This document shows positions 38,301-52,402 of a stretch of 64,000 nt of DNA, one piece after another. This DNA is from Podarcis vaucheri (lineage: Eukaryota). The stretch lies in NCBI GenBank assembly GCA_965113315.1, contig OZ220365.1; one strand, given 5' to 3'. A program made the translations under genes and the position numbers. The first letter of the stretch is position 1. Each line of letters begins with the position of its first letter. The notes beneath the pieces were generated by a model. It saw only the letters and a program-made list of their open reading frames with translations, was not told the origin of the DNA and made no database searches.

Positions 38301-40354
38301 CTGAAAGGCATTTGTGAGGGTGATGCAGGTTTTTAAAAAATAATATTTTTAATCACAAATATTTAAAAAATGACAGACGCAAGGATGCAAACAGTGGCAC
38401 AGCAATCACTTTCAGTAGCTGATAATAACTCTAGTTGCGCGCACAGATATTCCACAAGGCAAGAAATGTTTAAGGATACGTTCCATTTTAGTGGTCTGTA
38501 AAGTTTCATAATCTTATATAGATTTCCCCGAACTAAATCACACAGAACGTAAGAAGCTGTCTTATCCAAATTGGACTATCTAGCTCAGAAGGTTCCCAGA
38601 GTTCCAGACAGGAAGTTTTCCCCAGCTCTACCTAGAGATTCTAGGGACTGAACGTGAAATCTTTGTGATTTTATTCATTTCTTAACCAGAGACACATTTT
38701 GTTCTTGTCCCTGCTTTTATATGCCCTGCTCACATTGCTTTTCCCTCTTGAGTTCCTTTCTCTCTATATTCCATGGATACACAATAAGGTGCACTCCAAA
38801 TGACGTTGGACTCCAATTTCCATCATTCCCAACTTGCATGGTCCATTGTCAGGGATGATGGGGCCTAAAGTCCAGAACATCTTGATAGCATCTTGCCAGC
38901 TGCCTCTTCTGTAATCCACATGGTCCTTTGCCTTCTGCACTTGTCCTTTGTATGGTTCCTCTTGTCTGATTTAACATCATTTCCCATGAAGAAGAGGGCA
39001 ACATGAGAAGCTCCAAAACATCTGGAATGAGTAGCTGAATTTCTTGTGCCATTGTTTGACCTGCTAATGACAAATTGAAATATGATAAGGGGTATCTTTA
39101 ACAAAAAGACATTCCTTAAATGCTCATATTTGGATTGGAACTAATATTAATATTAATGCTTCTGTGAACAATAATAAATTCCTGAAATTTGAAAAGCCCT
39201 TTATATTTTCTATGTCAATGAAAGGAAACTGTGACTTTGGAATGTCTTATCTTAGAAAGATCATCACACTTGCTTGGCAATGGAATGGACTGATCATTTG
39301 GAAAGGCAGCAGAGAAATCAATTTTGTGACACCACTGATTTAGCTTATTCAATATATTTCTGTCTATCAAACTAACTCCTTGATCAGTAATCATCTAAAT
39401 AGTCACGTATGGATGACGTTAATGTTTTCACCATTGAATTACTAGCTAGACACAAAGAAATGGATTGTGTATCTGGAATATCCATAGGGATTATTCTACT
39501 GTTATTAATTTGACTAGACACTGGATGTCAGTGTTGCTGTTTGCTAAAAGGAATGAAATATAAAAGGCAGCTTAATAGAAGATATCAAACAGAACGAGTC
39601 TAAATGGCTTTAACTCCTAACAATATTATTTTATATTTATCATGGATCTTATTGGTCTGAAAATATTGTTTTCTATCTTGATATTAAGGTCCTGATCAAG
39701 TCACGCTCTGTATTTAATTTGTTAATTAAATTTGTATACTGCCCTTCATCCAAAGATCTCAGGGATATTACATAATAATTTATTTTTTCCCAAGAGCAGA
39801 TAGCTTTGTCGATATATTTCTAAAACATTCTGAAACTACAGGCAAATGAATGGTGTCTCAGAGTGTCACCATAAGCAACGGTAAACACATTTATAAAATC
39901 TGGTATGAGAGAAGATAGTTTAAGTGAGTTAAACTGAAGTGTTCAGATGTAAACCTTTACAGTACATTCGACTGCAATGAAATCATCTTAAAGCCTGATA
40001 GTTTAATTGGATGGAAATGATGGGAAACATCTTCTGACAAAAATAATAATAATCAAGCCAGAACTGGTCCAATTAAGGGTTGGTTTTGCAGTTATGGAAA
40101 CTCAAGAGTAACAGTCTGGATGCTCTGAAGGGATAGACACATTGGTCTGGAAAAAGCACAAGAGAATGGCACATCATACTTGCCATTTCACTATGCCATT
40201 ATCATCACACTGTTTTTATACATCATAAATCTGGTCCCGGGACTTCCCATTTTGATGTGATTATGGATTATCGTTGTGATGCTTAAAAGGACCTTCAAAG
40301 TCAAACTTTCCTACCAAGCTTTGTCTGTAGTTTTATTTGTGTACTTGTTTGAAG

Positions 40355-40945
40355 TGTAGATTCAGGTAGGTAGCCATGTTGGTTTGAGGCAGTTGAATAA
40401 ATTAAAAAATTTAAAAAAATGTCCAGTAGCACCTTAGAGACCAACTAAGTCTGTTCTGGGTATAAGCTTTCGTGTGTTTGAAGAAGTGTGCATGCACACG
40501 AAAGCTTATACTCAGAACCAACTTAGTTGGTCTCTAAGGTGCTACCGGAGGGACGCGGGTGGCGCTGTGGGCTAAAGCCTCAGCGCCTAGGGCTTGCCGA
40601 TCGTAAGGTCGGCGGTTCGAATCCCCGCGGCGGGGTGCGCTCCCGCTGCTCGGTCCCAGCGCCTGCCAACCTAGCAGTTCGAAAGCACCCCCGGGGGCAA
40701 GTAGATAAATAGGTACCGCTTACCAACGGGAAGGTAAACGGCGTTCCGTGTGCGGCTCTGGCTCGCCAGAGCAGCGTTGTCACGCTGGCCACGTGACCCG
40801 GAAGTGTCTCCGGACAGCGCTGGCCCCCGGCCAATAGATGTGAGATGGGCGCACAAACCCCAGAGTCTGTCAAGACTGGCCCGTTCGGGCAGGGGTACCT
40901 TTACCTTTACCTTTAAGGTGCTACCGGACAATTTTTTAATTTATT
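40355..40945. mobile_element. Penelope-like element remnant forming an inverted repeat, with a degenerate hammerhead ribozyme motif
   Basis: 40421-40476 is complementary to 40495-40549 plus 40929 onward; the centre reads tTGAAGA-agtgtgc-at-gcacac-GAAA-gcttata. Confidence 0.7.
40550..40913 (+). mobile_element. Young Sauria SINE
   Basis: CpG-rich, intact A/B boxes, perfect 15-bp TSD taaggtgctaccgga at 40535-40549 and 40914-40928. Confidence 0.95.
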
Positions 40946-43489
40946 TTAACTAAAGTGTAGTATTTAATGATGAATATTCCCTTTTTGTAGTGGAAGGTGG
41001 CCAGTTGTGGACTGTTTGGCAGCATCCTGTTCTGCTGTCCATAGCCACCAATTGCAGTGGAACCAACTACCGTCTTTAAGAAATGAGGAATAAGTGGCCA
41101 AATACAACATTTTATGTAACACTGCAATGATCATTTGCAAGTCTGATGTGCACAATTGATTGGGGCCTCAAAGCAGGGTGACCATTTGTGTCATGTCAGA
41201 CTTCCAGCCTGATCCTCAAGATTCTTACTTGGAAGTAAGCCCCACTGAATTCAACGGTACTTAATTCCTAATAGGTATGTGCTTAGGATTGCAACCTTTG
41301 TCTATTTCCTCCCCACATTTCACAGGCAACTTAATGATGCAAGTAGGGAAAAGGAACATTGCCATCAGCCGTTACCATGGACAATTAATCATCTTACAGC
41401 TGCAGAATCGGAATAATGCAGTGCATAGATTTTGCTACCACATTGTACAGTCATGTTTCTACCAAAGTGTGAAGTGTAAACAATGATCGTGGGTTGTGCG
41501 CTATTCAAAGCAACGTACGGTTTTCATCTTACATAGCTATATAGAAAGAAGAGCCAAGACTGACCTGAAAAACAAAAGACTCTGTTCCAATTAACGGAAC
41601 CAGTCTGTACATAACTAGCCTCCAGACAAGAAACAAACAAACAATCCCCACTGAAGGGGAAGTTTCTTCTAATTAGAAAACCACTTACTCCATTTAATGG
41701 ATCAAAATCACACATGGGATAGACATCAAAGCCTCCATTTGTTTTTGTTTTTTTGTACTGGGCCTTGGATCTCTTGCTGTTTCCTTGTTGCTTTTTAAAT
41801 AATAAAAAAAGTTGCTTTCAGGGCAGCTTTCATAAGCCTGAATTTTCACCTATAACATATAAATTAGCATATCTGAATGCTATGCAAAGTTGTGTCGTGG
41901 GCCTATGCCTCAAGTGTTTTAAGGCCCTTGCAATGCCTTGCCTCCCATGAGCTCAATCCTAGGTCATCTGTAATACATCAGAATTACTATCCTTTCCCCT
42001 TCTCTTCAGGTGCCATCCACATTTTGTATTTCATTGTGTCTTGACAGGCTAGCAATCGTGCAGGCTCAGTCTTGAGGCTGAAGACAGGTGATCGGGTTTT
42101 CAAGAGAGCTGTAGGCGATATGACAGGGACATTGTTGCCCTGGCGCGAACAACTCAGCCCACTGTCACCTCTGCTTATAGGTCTTTGTGGTGCTTCAGAT
42201 CTTGCAAACCCCATTTGACAGGCAATATTGGGACAAAGGAGATGGGGAAATAGCACAGGAAATGATGCTTCCTGAAGCAGCAACATCTACTGTCTTAAAA
42301 GCTAGAGTGCAGCCACAGAGTAGAAAGTCTGTCAAGCATGGGTGGAAACCCCCAAAACACCAACACCTAAACTTTTGCATCTACCTAAAATAAGTTTGTA
42401 GGAACAAAACCACTGCTTTCAAAATGAAAACAGAAGCGGGCTAGAAACGGAATTTGATTCAATGATCACTGATTGTCCATCAAAGTGTCTCTCATACTTT
42501 GCTCTGGATCAATACCTTTAAATATAGATCTTGGATTCAGAGGTCTTGTGAGAAAAACACTCACAAGATGATTCACAACCTGTGCAGTTCCTTGTACCGC
42601 TAAAAATCTGCTCCAGAGGGTTATGGAACCTTCTGTAACAGTGTGGGAGGTAGTGCAAGAAACTGAAAGAAAATGAGAAATTAGAGAAGGAGGAGGAGGA
42701 GGAGGAGGAGGAGGAGGAGGAGGGACCTCTCCCTCTTCCATAAATGGAAAAGGCTTTGGGGAAAAGGCTGTATCTCATTAGTAGAACACTTTATCTGTAT
42801 GCGGAAGGTTCCAGGTCTGGGGGAGACCCCTCTCGAAAACCCCAGAAAACCACTGCCTGTTAATGTAGCATTTACATTGTAGTAGACAATACTCAGCTCA
42901 ATTGATCAATGATCTGACTCAGCATGAAGCAGCTTCCTATGTTCCTGTGTTCACTGGCTGTCGGCCCCAAGGGCTAATCTGGATACAAACTGCTGTGCTG
43001 CTTCCGTATTTGTCTCAGGAGACTTCAGAATCTGTATTTCACTGATAACGATGTCAAAGACTCCCTTTTCAAGCTATAGGTCTGCCCTCAGGTAATGAAA
43101 CTGTTCAAACTTCATTGCCTCTTTATGATGACATCTAAGTCCTTGCTGGAATAATAGCTGCTTCTGGTAGAAACAAGGGTGTTTATCAAATGGTTGCCTT
43201 TTTTGCTTTGTACATGGAGCTTTGTACATTTAACTGACATATCAATAGGATTGAGGATGCTGAGCATCTTTCATACATCAGCTGTCGGTGCTTTGTGGGA
43301 TTGAGTACGGAAAGGCGTTTCTCACTTGCAAGTAATCACTTGGAAATCCAGCATTTCATTTTGTCACAAAATGCATTTACAGTGGGAAAAGAATCGGAGC
43401 AAAATACTGTGCAAAAGAAACTGATGCTCGATGGTGGCAGTGGCATATTTTATTGGCATGATTTCAAAATTAGCTTATGATTCAAAGCA

Positions 43490-43491
43490 AT

Positions 43492-43522
<31 letters not shown>

Positions 43523-44050
43523 TAGATACCCCACCCATTTGGCTGGGTTTCCCCAGCCACTCTGGGCGACTCCCAACATAATATTAAAAACACAATAAAA
43601 CATTAAACATTAAAAACTTCCCTCAACAGGACTGTCTTCAAATGTCTTCTTAAAGTCAGGTAGTTGTTTATTTCCTTGACATCTGATGGGAGGGCGTTCC
43701 GCAGGGTGGGCACTGCTACCGAGAAGGCCCTCTGCCCGGTTCCCTGTCCAGGCTGAATGATGGGGGTGGAGACGCTCCTTCAGGTATACTGGGCTGAGGC
43801 CGTTTAGGGCTTTAAAGGTCAGCACCAGCACTTTGAATTGTGCTCAGAAACATACTGGGAGCCAATGTAGGCCTTTCAGGACCAGTGTTATATGGTCTCA
43901 GCAGCCACTCTCCCAGTCACCAGTCTAGCTGCTGCATTCTGGATTAGTTGTGGTTTTGGGTCACCTTCAAAGGCAGCCCCATGTAGAGCACATTGCAGTA
44001 GTCCAAGCAGGAGATAACTAGTCCATGCACTACTCTGGCAAGACAGTCTG
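43490..44050 (-). mobile_element. L2/CR1-group LINE 3' fragment
   Basis: QLIQNAAARLVTG and VLVLTFKALNGL.P.YLKERL motifs. Confidence 0.8.
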
Positions 44051-44098
44051 CATACTGAAACTGTATACGTGACAGATTTAACGGTTTCTAACAATGTA

Positions 44099-44503
44099 CA
44101 GTGGTGCCCCGCAAGACGAATGCCTCGCAAGACGGAAAACCCACTAGAGGAAAGGGTTTTCCGTTTTGGAGGTGCTTCGCAAAACAAATTTCCTATGGCC
44201 GTGCTTCGTAAGACGAAAATGTCTTGCGAGTTCCTGCGGTTTCCCCCCCCCTTTTCTCTCCCTTTTCCCCAAGCCGCTAAGCCGCTTATCAGCTGATCCT
44301 AAGCCACTAAGCCGCTTAACAGCTGATCCTAAGCCACTAAGCCGCTTAACAGCTGATCCGCTAAGCCGCTTATCAGCTGATCCGCTAAGCCGCTAATAGC
44401 GCTAAGCCGCTAAGCCGCTAATGGGCTTGCTTCGCAAGACGAAAAACCCGCAAGACGAAGAGACTCACAGAATGGATTCTTTTCGTCTTGCGAGGCACCA
44501 CTG
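44099..44503. mobile_element. Tc1/mariner-type MITE with internal minisatellite
   Basis: CAGTGGTGCCCCGCAAGACGAA ... TTCGTCTTGCGAGGCACCACTG; internal ctaagccgctta(a/t)cagctgatc repeats at 44270-44420. Confidence 0.85.
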
Positions 44504-45854
44504 TCTACTAATATAAATCAGGGGGAAGACCATGTTGATAAACACCCAGAGCCAGGCTCAAGCAAAAGTGGTGTTTCAAAGCCTGGGAAAGGTTCCGAGG
44601 GCCAGAAAGAGAGGTCTGGAGGTCTGCATTTGACTCCTTGGCCTGAGGTTCCCCACCTCTGTAGTAGAGTAAAGAAGTTTATAAGAAAGCAGCTGCTCAC
44701 CTATAGGCTTCCACATGATGAAACACAGGCAGGATCAGGTATCCTTCTGATCATATGAAATGTACACATTAGTGCCAACAAGGCAACTATATTAATGTCT
44801 CTTTTCCCAGAAATTACATAGTGTGTCCTTCATGAAAATAATATATCAAGGAGGCTTCTAAGGCTTTGGAATGCTTCTCATTTAGGGCATTTTTAATCTA
44901 ATTCCTTCTGCACCTTGTTCAAGGGTTCCCATCTGAAACTTGATACTTGATTGTCTGATTGGATTATTTTTGCATGACTGCGCCATGTTGGTGTAAACTC
45001 AGCCCCTGACTCAACAAACAGCAGCTGAGAAGTAAAACCTTTCAGAACGGTTTGAGACAAAATACAGTTAAATCATCTTTCCTGCCTATGACAATTTGCA
45101 TCTTCTTCCAATCTCCCTCCCGCCCACTCTGTGTTTTGCTTTTGTTTTCATACCAGTTTCTTTTTTTTCCCTTTTTGGTACTGTTAGGTTCTTCCACCAT
45201 TCTGCAGCAATTAAGCAACATGTTTCCAGTGTTTGATTGTTTTTTACATAATAGGAACTGTTTCCAGAGGGGTGAAAAAAAGGTCTCCTATCACTGTAAT
45301 GATGAAAAGAAACCCATGTAGCAATTTACTTAATTGGGAATGAAGTAGTTGGTAATAATTAAAACAAAATTAAATTAAATGTAATCTTTGACCTTGGTGG
45401 GGAGTAGAAGACAGTAAAGAGGTGGGAATGCTTGCGCTATTAATATGTTGGTGGAAAAGCCATTGCTTATAAAAACCTAATCTTTTTATAACCATTAAAA
45501 TTAATGTTTTCAATCCAATATTCTGGGAACCTATTACCACTAAATCTTGACAGAGTAATAAATAGCGAAAAGATGCAATGGAGCCTTTGTCCTTCAAAAA
45601 TAATATTTCAAGATTTGTAGGGAGCATTGTTATAGTCCCTTCATTCTTTTAGAAACCAGTGGCCAGAAAGGAGGAAAACAAATACACCTCCAGAAGTAAT
45701 TCTAAAAGATTTTGCAATCACTTTCCACATCATGATGAAATGCAAACCATTTTCCTTCAAAGACTGTAGGCATTCAGTCTTTTGTCTGGTTTTAATGTTG
45801 ACAATGTGTTGCCTGTAATTTGCCACAATCATTGATCCCAACTAATGCATACAC

Positions 45855-46211
45855 AGGGTGGCACTGTGGTATAAACCACTAAGCCCTGGGCTTGCTGATT
45901 GGAAGGTTGGCGGTTCAAATCCCCGCAACGGGGTGAGCTCCTGTTGCTCGGTCCCAGTCCCTGCCAACCTAGCAGTTCGAAAGCATGTCAAATTGCAAGT
46001 AGATAAATAGGTACCACCCTGGCAGGAAGGTAAATGGCATTTCCATGCGCTGCTCTGGTTTCGCCAGAAGCAGCTTAGTCATGCCAGCCACATGACCCGG
46101 AAAAACTGTCTGTGGACAAACGTCAGCTCCCTCGGCCAATAAAGCGAGATGAGCACTGCAACCCCAGAGTCGTCCATGATTGGACTTAACTGTCAGGGGT
46201 CCTTTACCTTT
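45855..46211 (+). mobile_element. Sauria SINE
   Basis: Homology to the other copies; ACCTTT tail. Confidence 0.9.
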
Positions 46212-46474
46212 TAATGCATACACACTAGGACATCGATGAATGGAACAGAGCTTTCCTGGCCATTCTCAGTCCCTTGGTCCTGCATCAAAGGGGTTCTGAG
46301 CTTAGAAGATGAACTAGATACCTCATAGGCCAAGGACCTTGAGGAGCATGCAGGCCCCCTGAATCCAATGCTGAGGGCCCCATTGAGGCCCTTCATACTG
46401 GTATCTGATGATGAACTCCTGGAACTCTCAGAGGAGGAGGAGGAAAAAGGAGGAGGAGGATTTGAAAGTGGTGC

Positions 46475-46674
46475 NNNNNNNNNNNNNNNNNNNNNNNNNN
46501 NNNNNNNNNNNNNNNNNNNNNNNNNNNNNNNNNNNNNNNNNNNNNNNNNNNNNNNNNNNNNNNNNNNNNNNNNNNNNNNNNNNNNNNNNNNNNNNNNNNN
46601 NNNNNNNNNNNNNNNNNNNNNNNNNNNNNNNNNNNNNNNNNNNNNNNNNNNNNNNNNNNNNNNNNNNNNNNNNN
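46475..46674. other. Assembly gap
   Basis: Run of N. Confidence 1.
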
Positions 46675-46689
46675 GAAGAGATACAGCAA

Positions 46690-47580
46690 GAGGACTATTA
46701 AGTACTCTTAATATGTGGAAAAACTATGGTTTGTTAGAGCATTGACAGTAAGATGGCTCTTTCAGAATATATAATAAAAATCAATGAGGAATTTTACAGG
46801 CGTGACCACAATTTTTTCCAATATCTACAGTAATGAAATATTGCCCATAGTTTAATTACAAGATATGGCCCTCTTCAAGAAATATCAGAATTTGAATATA
46901 TAATGCTGAAAGATAAATCACAAGTATTCATGCAAGATATGTGAAATGATCAGTAATTTAGAATCCATGAAAAACACTTATCAATATAAATGGAAAGAAA
47001 TTTTGGCCCTGATATATGGAAACTGGCTCTGGTTCAATATTCCTCGGCAAACTATCAGCATCTATTTTAAAGTAAGTTTTTATAAACTTAGCATGCATGG
47101 TATTTGACTCCTCAATGACTTAATCATGCAAATAGGACAGCAAACAATCAGGGTTGGCATTGCAAAAATAATAATGCTGATATACAGCATACTTTCTGGA
47201 CATATCCTAAAATAAATACACTTTGGAATAACACAATAAAAGAAATCGACATTTCAGGATATATACTCCAAATAGATTCACAGGTTATCTTATTTGGATA
47301 TATTACGAACTCATTTTAATAGATGATAAAGAAATGGTTATCAGTTTACTAATTGTGGCTCATATAACAATTTGTTCATAATTGGAAAATGGACATGATT
47401 CCTACAGTGGAAGACTGATAATTAAAGTGTGGGTATGGTAAACATGATCAAACTGACTAATTTCATTAAGTCAGAGAAGTCAAACACTTTGTAACTGATT
47501 TGTGGAGAAATGAAAAAGGTTCATAATGCATTTGTCCATCAGAGTTCACGAAAATGTAAATGTATAGACTTTATTAAATA
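46690..47580 (+). mobile_element. Decayed L1-like ORF2 C-terminal region
   Basis: AT-rich; fragments such as WYLTP, WHC.....D..H.FW..PKI..LW resemble the L1 Cys-rich domain; many stops. Confidence 0.55.
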
Positions 47581-48226
47581 TATTATTTTTCATCTTTGAA
47601 TTACTGTATAAAGATCATGGGCAGGTAAGATGGATAGGTAAGAATGACAAATATTTTATTCATGCTGATATTACATGCTTCATTTCTGCACTTTTTCATG
47701 ATTAACATGAACATTTGTGAAAAAATAGAATTGCCTAACAGATATAGTGACTCCTTTTCTTCTGACTAAGAGCTTCAAACAGTCCTGCTCCCATTAAGTG
47801 TGTGTTTTTCAGGACCTATCCTATTCTTGTGACTGTAACCTGTTTTAACTGTTTTTAATTCTGAATTTTAAATGGTTGTAACCCACTCTGGGATCTTCTG
47901 GTAAGGGGTGGAAATGCATAAAAACATCCATGAGGTTTAATATTGCTATAATGGCTAATACACACTTAACAGACATAATGAGAATCCATGGTCTCCAACT
48001 ACACAAATGAGGCGACTAAGCGACTAAACAACAACAAAAGACCCAGGTTTGCATGTTCATTTTTCTACTCTTTCACGTGCCATGGGAGGAGATTCAAAAC
48101 ATACACTTCTAGCATTAAACTGATCACAGTTCCCCATTCTATGCAAACTCAGGAAACTGTGGTTTGTTTAAACTATGGTTTCAAATTAAGGCAGGATGTG
48201 AAACCACAATTTTACCCTGGATTGTT

Positions 48227-48454
48227 AGAGTTTGGATTTAATATCCTGCTTTATCACTACCCGAAGGAGTCTCAAAGTGGCTAACATTCTCCTTTCCCTT
48301 CCAACAAACACTCTGTGAGGTGAGTGGGGCTGAGAGACTTCAGAGAAGTGTGACTGGCCCAAGGTCACCCAGCAGCTGCATGTGGAGGAGGGGGAAGCGA
48401 ACCCGGTTCACCAGATTACGAGTCTACCACTCTTAACCACTACACCACACTGGC
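48227..48454 (-). mobile_element. Squam3-like SINE
   Basis: Homologous to 14306-14553. Confidence 0.85.
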
Positions 48455-50881
48455 TCTCTGTCACTAACCATAGTGTGCAAGCAGGCCAATGTGGCTATCA
48501 TGGAGAACTACGGTTCATTTAAAATCAAGAGTGATGGAGAAAGGAGAGGAGGGGAAATGGGGGCACTATGCTAGCCATGGTTTGTTCACATCTAAACCCA
48601 CACCAACGGAACCAGGCCTCTGTTCCTTTGTGGGTTTGAGAAACCAGGCTACCAAACAGAGGACTTAAATCAGGTGTTGTTCAACTTCAACTCCATGCTG
48701 GCCCTGACTCACGTAATCTAACAAGATCAATTAAACAACAGCCAAGCCAAGTAATTAAATTATAAGTAAATCAAAGAGGTAGTCTGAACTGAAAAATGTT
48801 TGTGTGCCCAGAATGGCGAAGAAAGCTCCCCTCAAAACCAAAATTTATCTCCCCTGTGGATGGTCTGTGAAATTACAAATAGTAAGGAATGGACTTTAAC
48901 GAAGAATATGTTACCATTGCATTAAAGCCTAATCTGTATAAAGAGAACATGAAGTGCCAAAAGGTTCTTTAATGGACTGTTGACACTGTGGGTGGTAGTG
49001 ATGATCTGAGAGTGCCTTTATGTTTAAATTCTCAAGGGGGGGGGACAAATTCACATAGAAACTAGCATATGTCAAGGATAGCTAGCCTAGAATCATTCTC
49101 ATTGAGACCCAGTTTTCTATGTTCAGGGAGCTATTTTTAAATAAGAACCCAGGATGGTATGTAATTAAGCGCAAAAGGGTTTTGCTGTTAACACCTCCCC
49201 CAAATCTGCTCCTGAGTGTTGAGAGCAGGGGGGAACCCAGAACAGATTTGGTCAGGGGCACTGGGGGCACTGGGGGGGAATCCTTGCACTGGCAAAAACA
49301 CTTTGTTAGATAGAAACCATCCACCGTAATGCCACCAGCTGCCTGTCTCCACCTGCAGTATAAAGGGGAGCACTGTCATCAGTGCATCTGCTAAGCAGAC
49401 CTCAGTTACCACAATATAAAGTGATGTTATTCTCACTACTTACCAGCTCTGCCATAGGTTAAAGCAGTTTATCTTATTTTGCGGGTGTTGAATTATATAG
49501 CCCTCACAGGCATGTGACCAGGAGCGGTTTCTCTGCTGTGCAAACAGTTCTGCTGCTGTTTATGTACTCACTGTATCTTCCCATTTCAGCTGAAGTTAGG
49601 AAATTTATTTGCATATGTTTAGCCAGAGCAGACATTGCTATTCTCCTTCGGCAAACCACTTTTGAGCTTACCTTACAGTGAGCAACTCTTTACACTTTGC
49701 TTTTGTCTTTTCGATTCATTTTCAATAAAATATTTTAAATTTTTATGAGATTTCCCCCCACTCATTAACATAACAAGAAAAATGCATAGGGCTATCTAAC
49801 TTTGACAAGTGCATTTTATCCTAACTGTCGAGACAGAGGATACATGAATGAATGCATAGCTATTGTTGAATAGCCAAAATGATGCTGTTAAAATTCTGCA
49901 AGGCCTTGCAGAAAAATAATGGCATTAGCGTGAATCACAAACCTCCCAGCCTTCTGTAGAAGCCATTATAAAATGCAAACAGTTATGAATCTTGCACATC
50001 TTGAAATCTTTAACCATCCGTCTGCTGCAGATATACTGCATTATCATTGCTATCACATTCTATAAACTTTCTTTGAAAAGTGATAAAGCTGCTCTGCCTT
50101 AAGGCTACTATCATTTAAAAAAAACAAATATTGTGTTTTAAAATTTAAGTATATTGAATAATTTACCAACCTTTTTTAAAGCTGTGTGCTTCTTCTCTCT
50201 GCACCCAGGTCACCAGCTTGAAAGAGCTCTAGGTAGAACACAGTAAGGACTGAATTTTATCCAGTGGCTAGGAAGACCCAGATTGCCCCACAGAAAGAGG
50301 GAGAGAGGAGGAAAGAATGAAGATGCAAAATGGTGTGGCCGGTAAATGGGCAACAGGTTTATTAACGTGCCCAAATCTGCAATGAGCAAAAACCTGTTAG
50401 CAATAAGCTAACAAACCCTCAGTGCAGACTTCTGAACTTCAGGTCAGAATGTGGAGCCCACTAGGACTCTTCCTCTTGAGGATTTTTCTCATGCAATCTC
50501 ACACGTGTCCATGCACAACCCCCTCTGCCCTGCCCATTTCATTTCTCTGCAGGAGACCAGAGGGGAGGGGATCTGGTCACAACATGAGGGGGAGACTCCC
50601 TGGCTTCTGCCTTGGAGTCTGAACTGTGCTTTGCCACAGCCTCTTCCTGTCCACTACACCCTGTCACCTCTGACACCTCCTCCCTCAAGTCAGCTCCTCC
50701 TCCCTTTCATCATTGCTGCACCACCAATTCCCTGAATCTGAGCCTTCTTCCCCTGGGAGTTCCCTAGGGGGGGTTCCCCGGCTGGTGCCTCCCATCTCTC
50801 TGTATCCAGACAGTCCTTGACAGACTGAGATTAAACAATGGCCTAAGTACAAAAAGAAACGTGGGTGGCTTCATGCTCGTA

Positions 50882-51506
50882 CAGTGGAACTTCGGTTTTC
50901 GAGCGTCTCGAAAGCCGAACAATTTGGAACCCAAACGCCAAAAGCCCAGAAGTAATTGCTTCTGTTTTTGAACACACCTCAGAAGTCGAACGTCTTCCTG
51001 AGAGATTTGCATTGGCTCCCAGTATGTTTCCGAGCACAATTCAAAGTGTTGGTGCTGACCTTTAAAGCCCTAAACGGCCTCGGTCCTGTATACCTGAAGG
51101 AGCGTCTCCACCCCCATCATTCAGCCCGGACACTGAGATCCAGCGCCGAGGGCCTTCTGGCGGTTCCCTCATTGCGAGAAGTGAGGTTACAGGGAACCAG
51201 ACAGAGGGCCTTCTTGGTAGTGGCACCCGCCCTGTGGAACGCAGGTCTGTTTAGGGAATTTTTTAATATTTAATGCTGTATTGTTTTTAACACTCGATTG
51301 GGAGCTGCCCAGAGTGACTGGGGAAACTCAGCCAGATGGGCGGGGTATAAATAATAAATTGTTGTTGTTGTTGTTACTTCTGCTGTGTGTTTTTCAATTT
51401 TTTTCCATTGATTTTGCCGACTGCCCTTTGTGCCTCGGTTGTCGAGCATTTTGGAAGTCGAACGGTCTTCCAGAACAGATTACATTCTACAACCGAAGTT
51501 CCACTG
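50882..51506. mobile_element. Tc1/mariner-type MITE interrupted by an L2-like LINE fragment (~50993-51375, +)
   Basis: TA-CAGTGGAACTTCGGTT ... AACCGAAGTTCCACTG-TA; the insert encodes LRDLHWLPV.FRAQFKVLVLTFKALNG. Confidence 0.8.
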
Positions 51507-51836
51507 TATACTCCTCACTCCGTGGCTGTAACATCAAGTGATGGCTTGAATGTGTGAAGTAGTCATCACCAGTCAGCTACCACAGACAAAGCTTTCATTT
51601 CATCTCACGTCAGATGCAATAGTTTTCAGTGGGCTTCTTCCACTGAACCCTTTGGGTCCATATCATGAAATGACTACGCATATAACAAAACGTTGCTGTG
51701 TCTCCACCTCCTTGCAGGAGTATTCTCGTCTAACTTTCCTGCCAGCCATTTCACTCCCAATCCCCAGTTTTATACCGCACTCCCTCCTCAGCTGGGACTC
51801 AATATACTATGGCTATTACATTCAGTCCTAGTTGGG

Positions 51837-51895
<59 letters not shown>

Positions 51896-52402
51896 TTTTT
51901 TTTTTAAATAGTTTGTACTTCTCAATTTTTGGGAGTTTCCCTAATCATGGCAGAGCCTCCCTCTTGTTTCTCAAAGGGCTTTAGTTTGGCTTAAATCCTG
52001 TCAGCCCCCACCACCCACGTTTGATATTAGCGGGAGTTGCGAACCATCAAGTGATCTCATTGAAAGATGAACACACAAAGCTTGAATTTTCTCTCACATG
52101 CCTCTGAGCACAAATATTGACTGTACTCAGGGACACTAAGTCCTTCAGGATATTGCTTATTCCACCCCAAACACAACTTTGGAATAAATGACATGATTTA
52201 TAAAACAAGGCAGAGCCATTTGTGTTCAAATACCTTGACCTTCTCCCTCAATCGTGCATTACACCAACTAATTCCCGAGTCAAGTCTGTATCATCTGATT
52301 TGCTCAAGCATATATTTCTGAAAGACAACCGTCCGGGTTTCAAAGCCTCCAAAGAATAAAGGGATATGCTGTATTTCTTATTGCAACGTCCCAAATTATT
52401 AG

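Noticed and set aside
40550-40630. tRNA gene
   Set aside because: It is the tRNA-derived head of a Sauria SINE, continuous with the SINE body and tail.
43020-43091. Plus-strand exon-like segment (cag|...cag|gtaatg)
   Set aside because: Isolated, stops in two frames, and no recognisable peptide in the third.
50240-50822. Possible old solo LTR ending in TGACA
   Set aside because: No matching TG start or TSD could be established.
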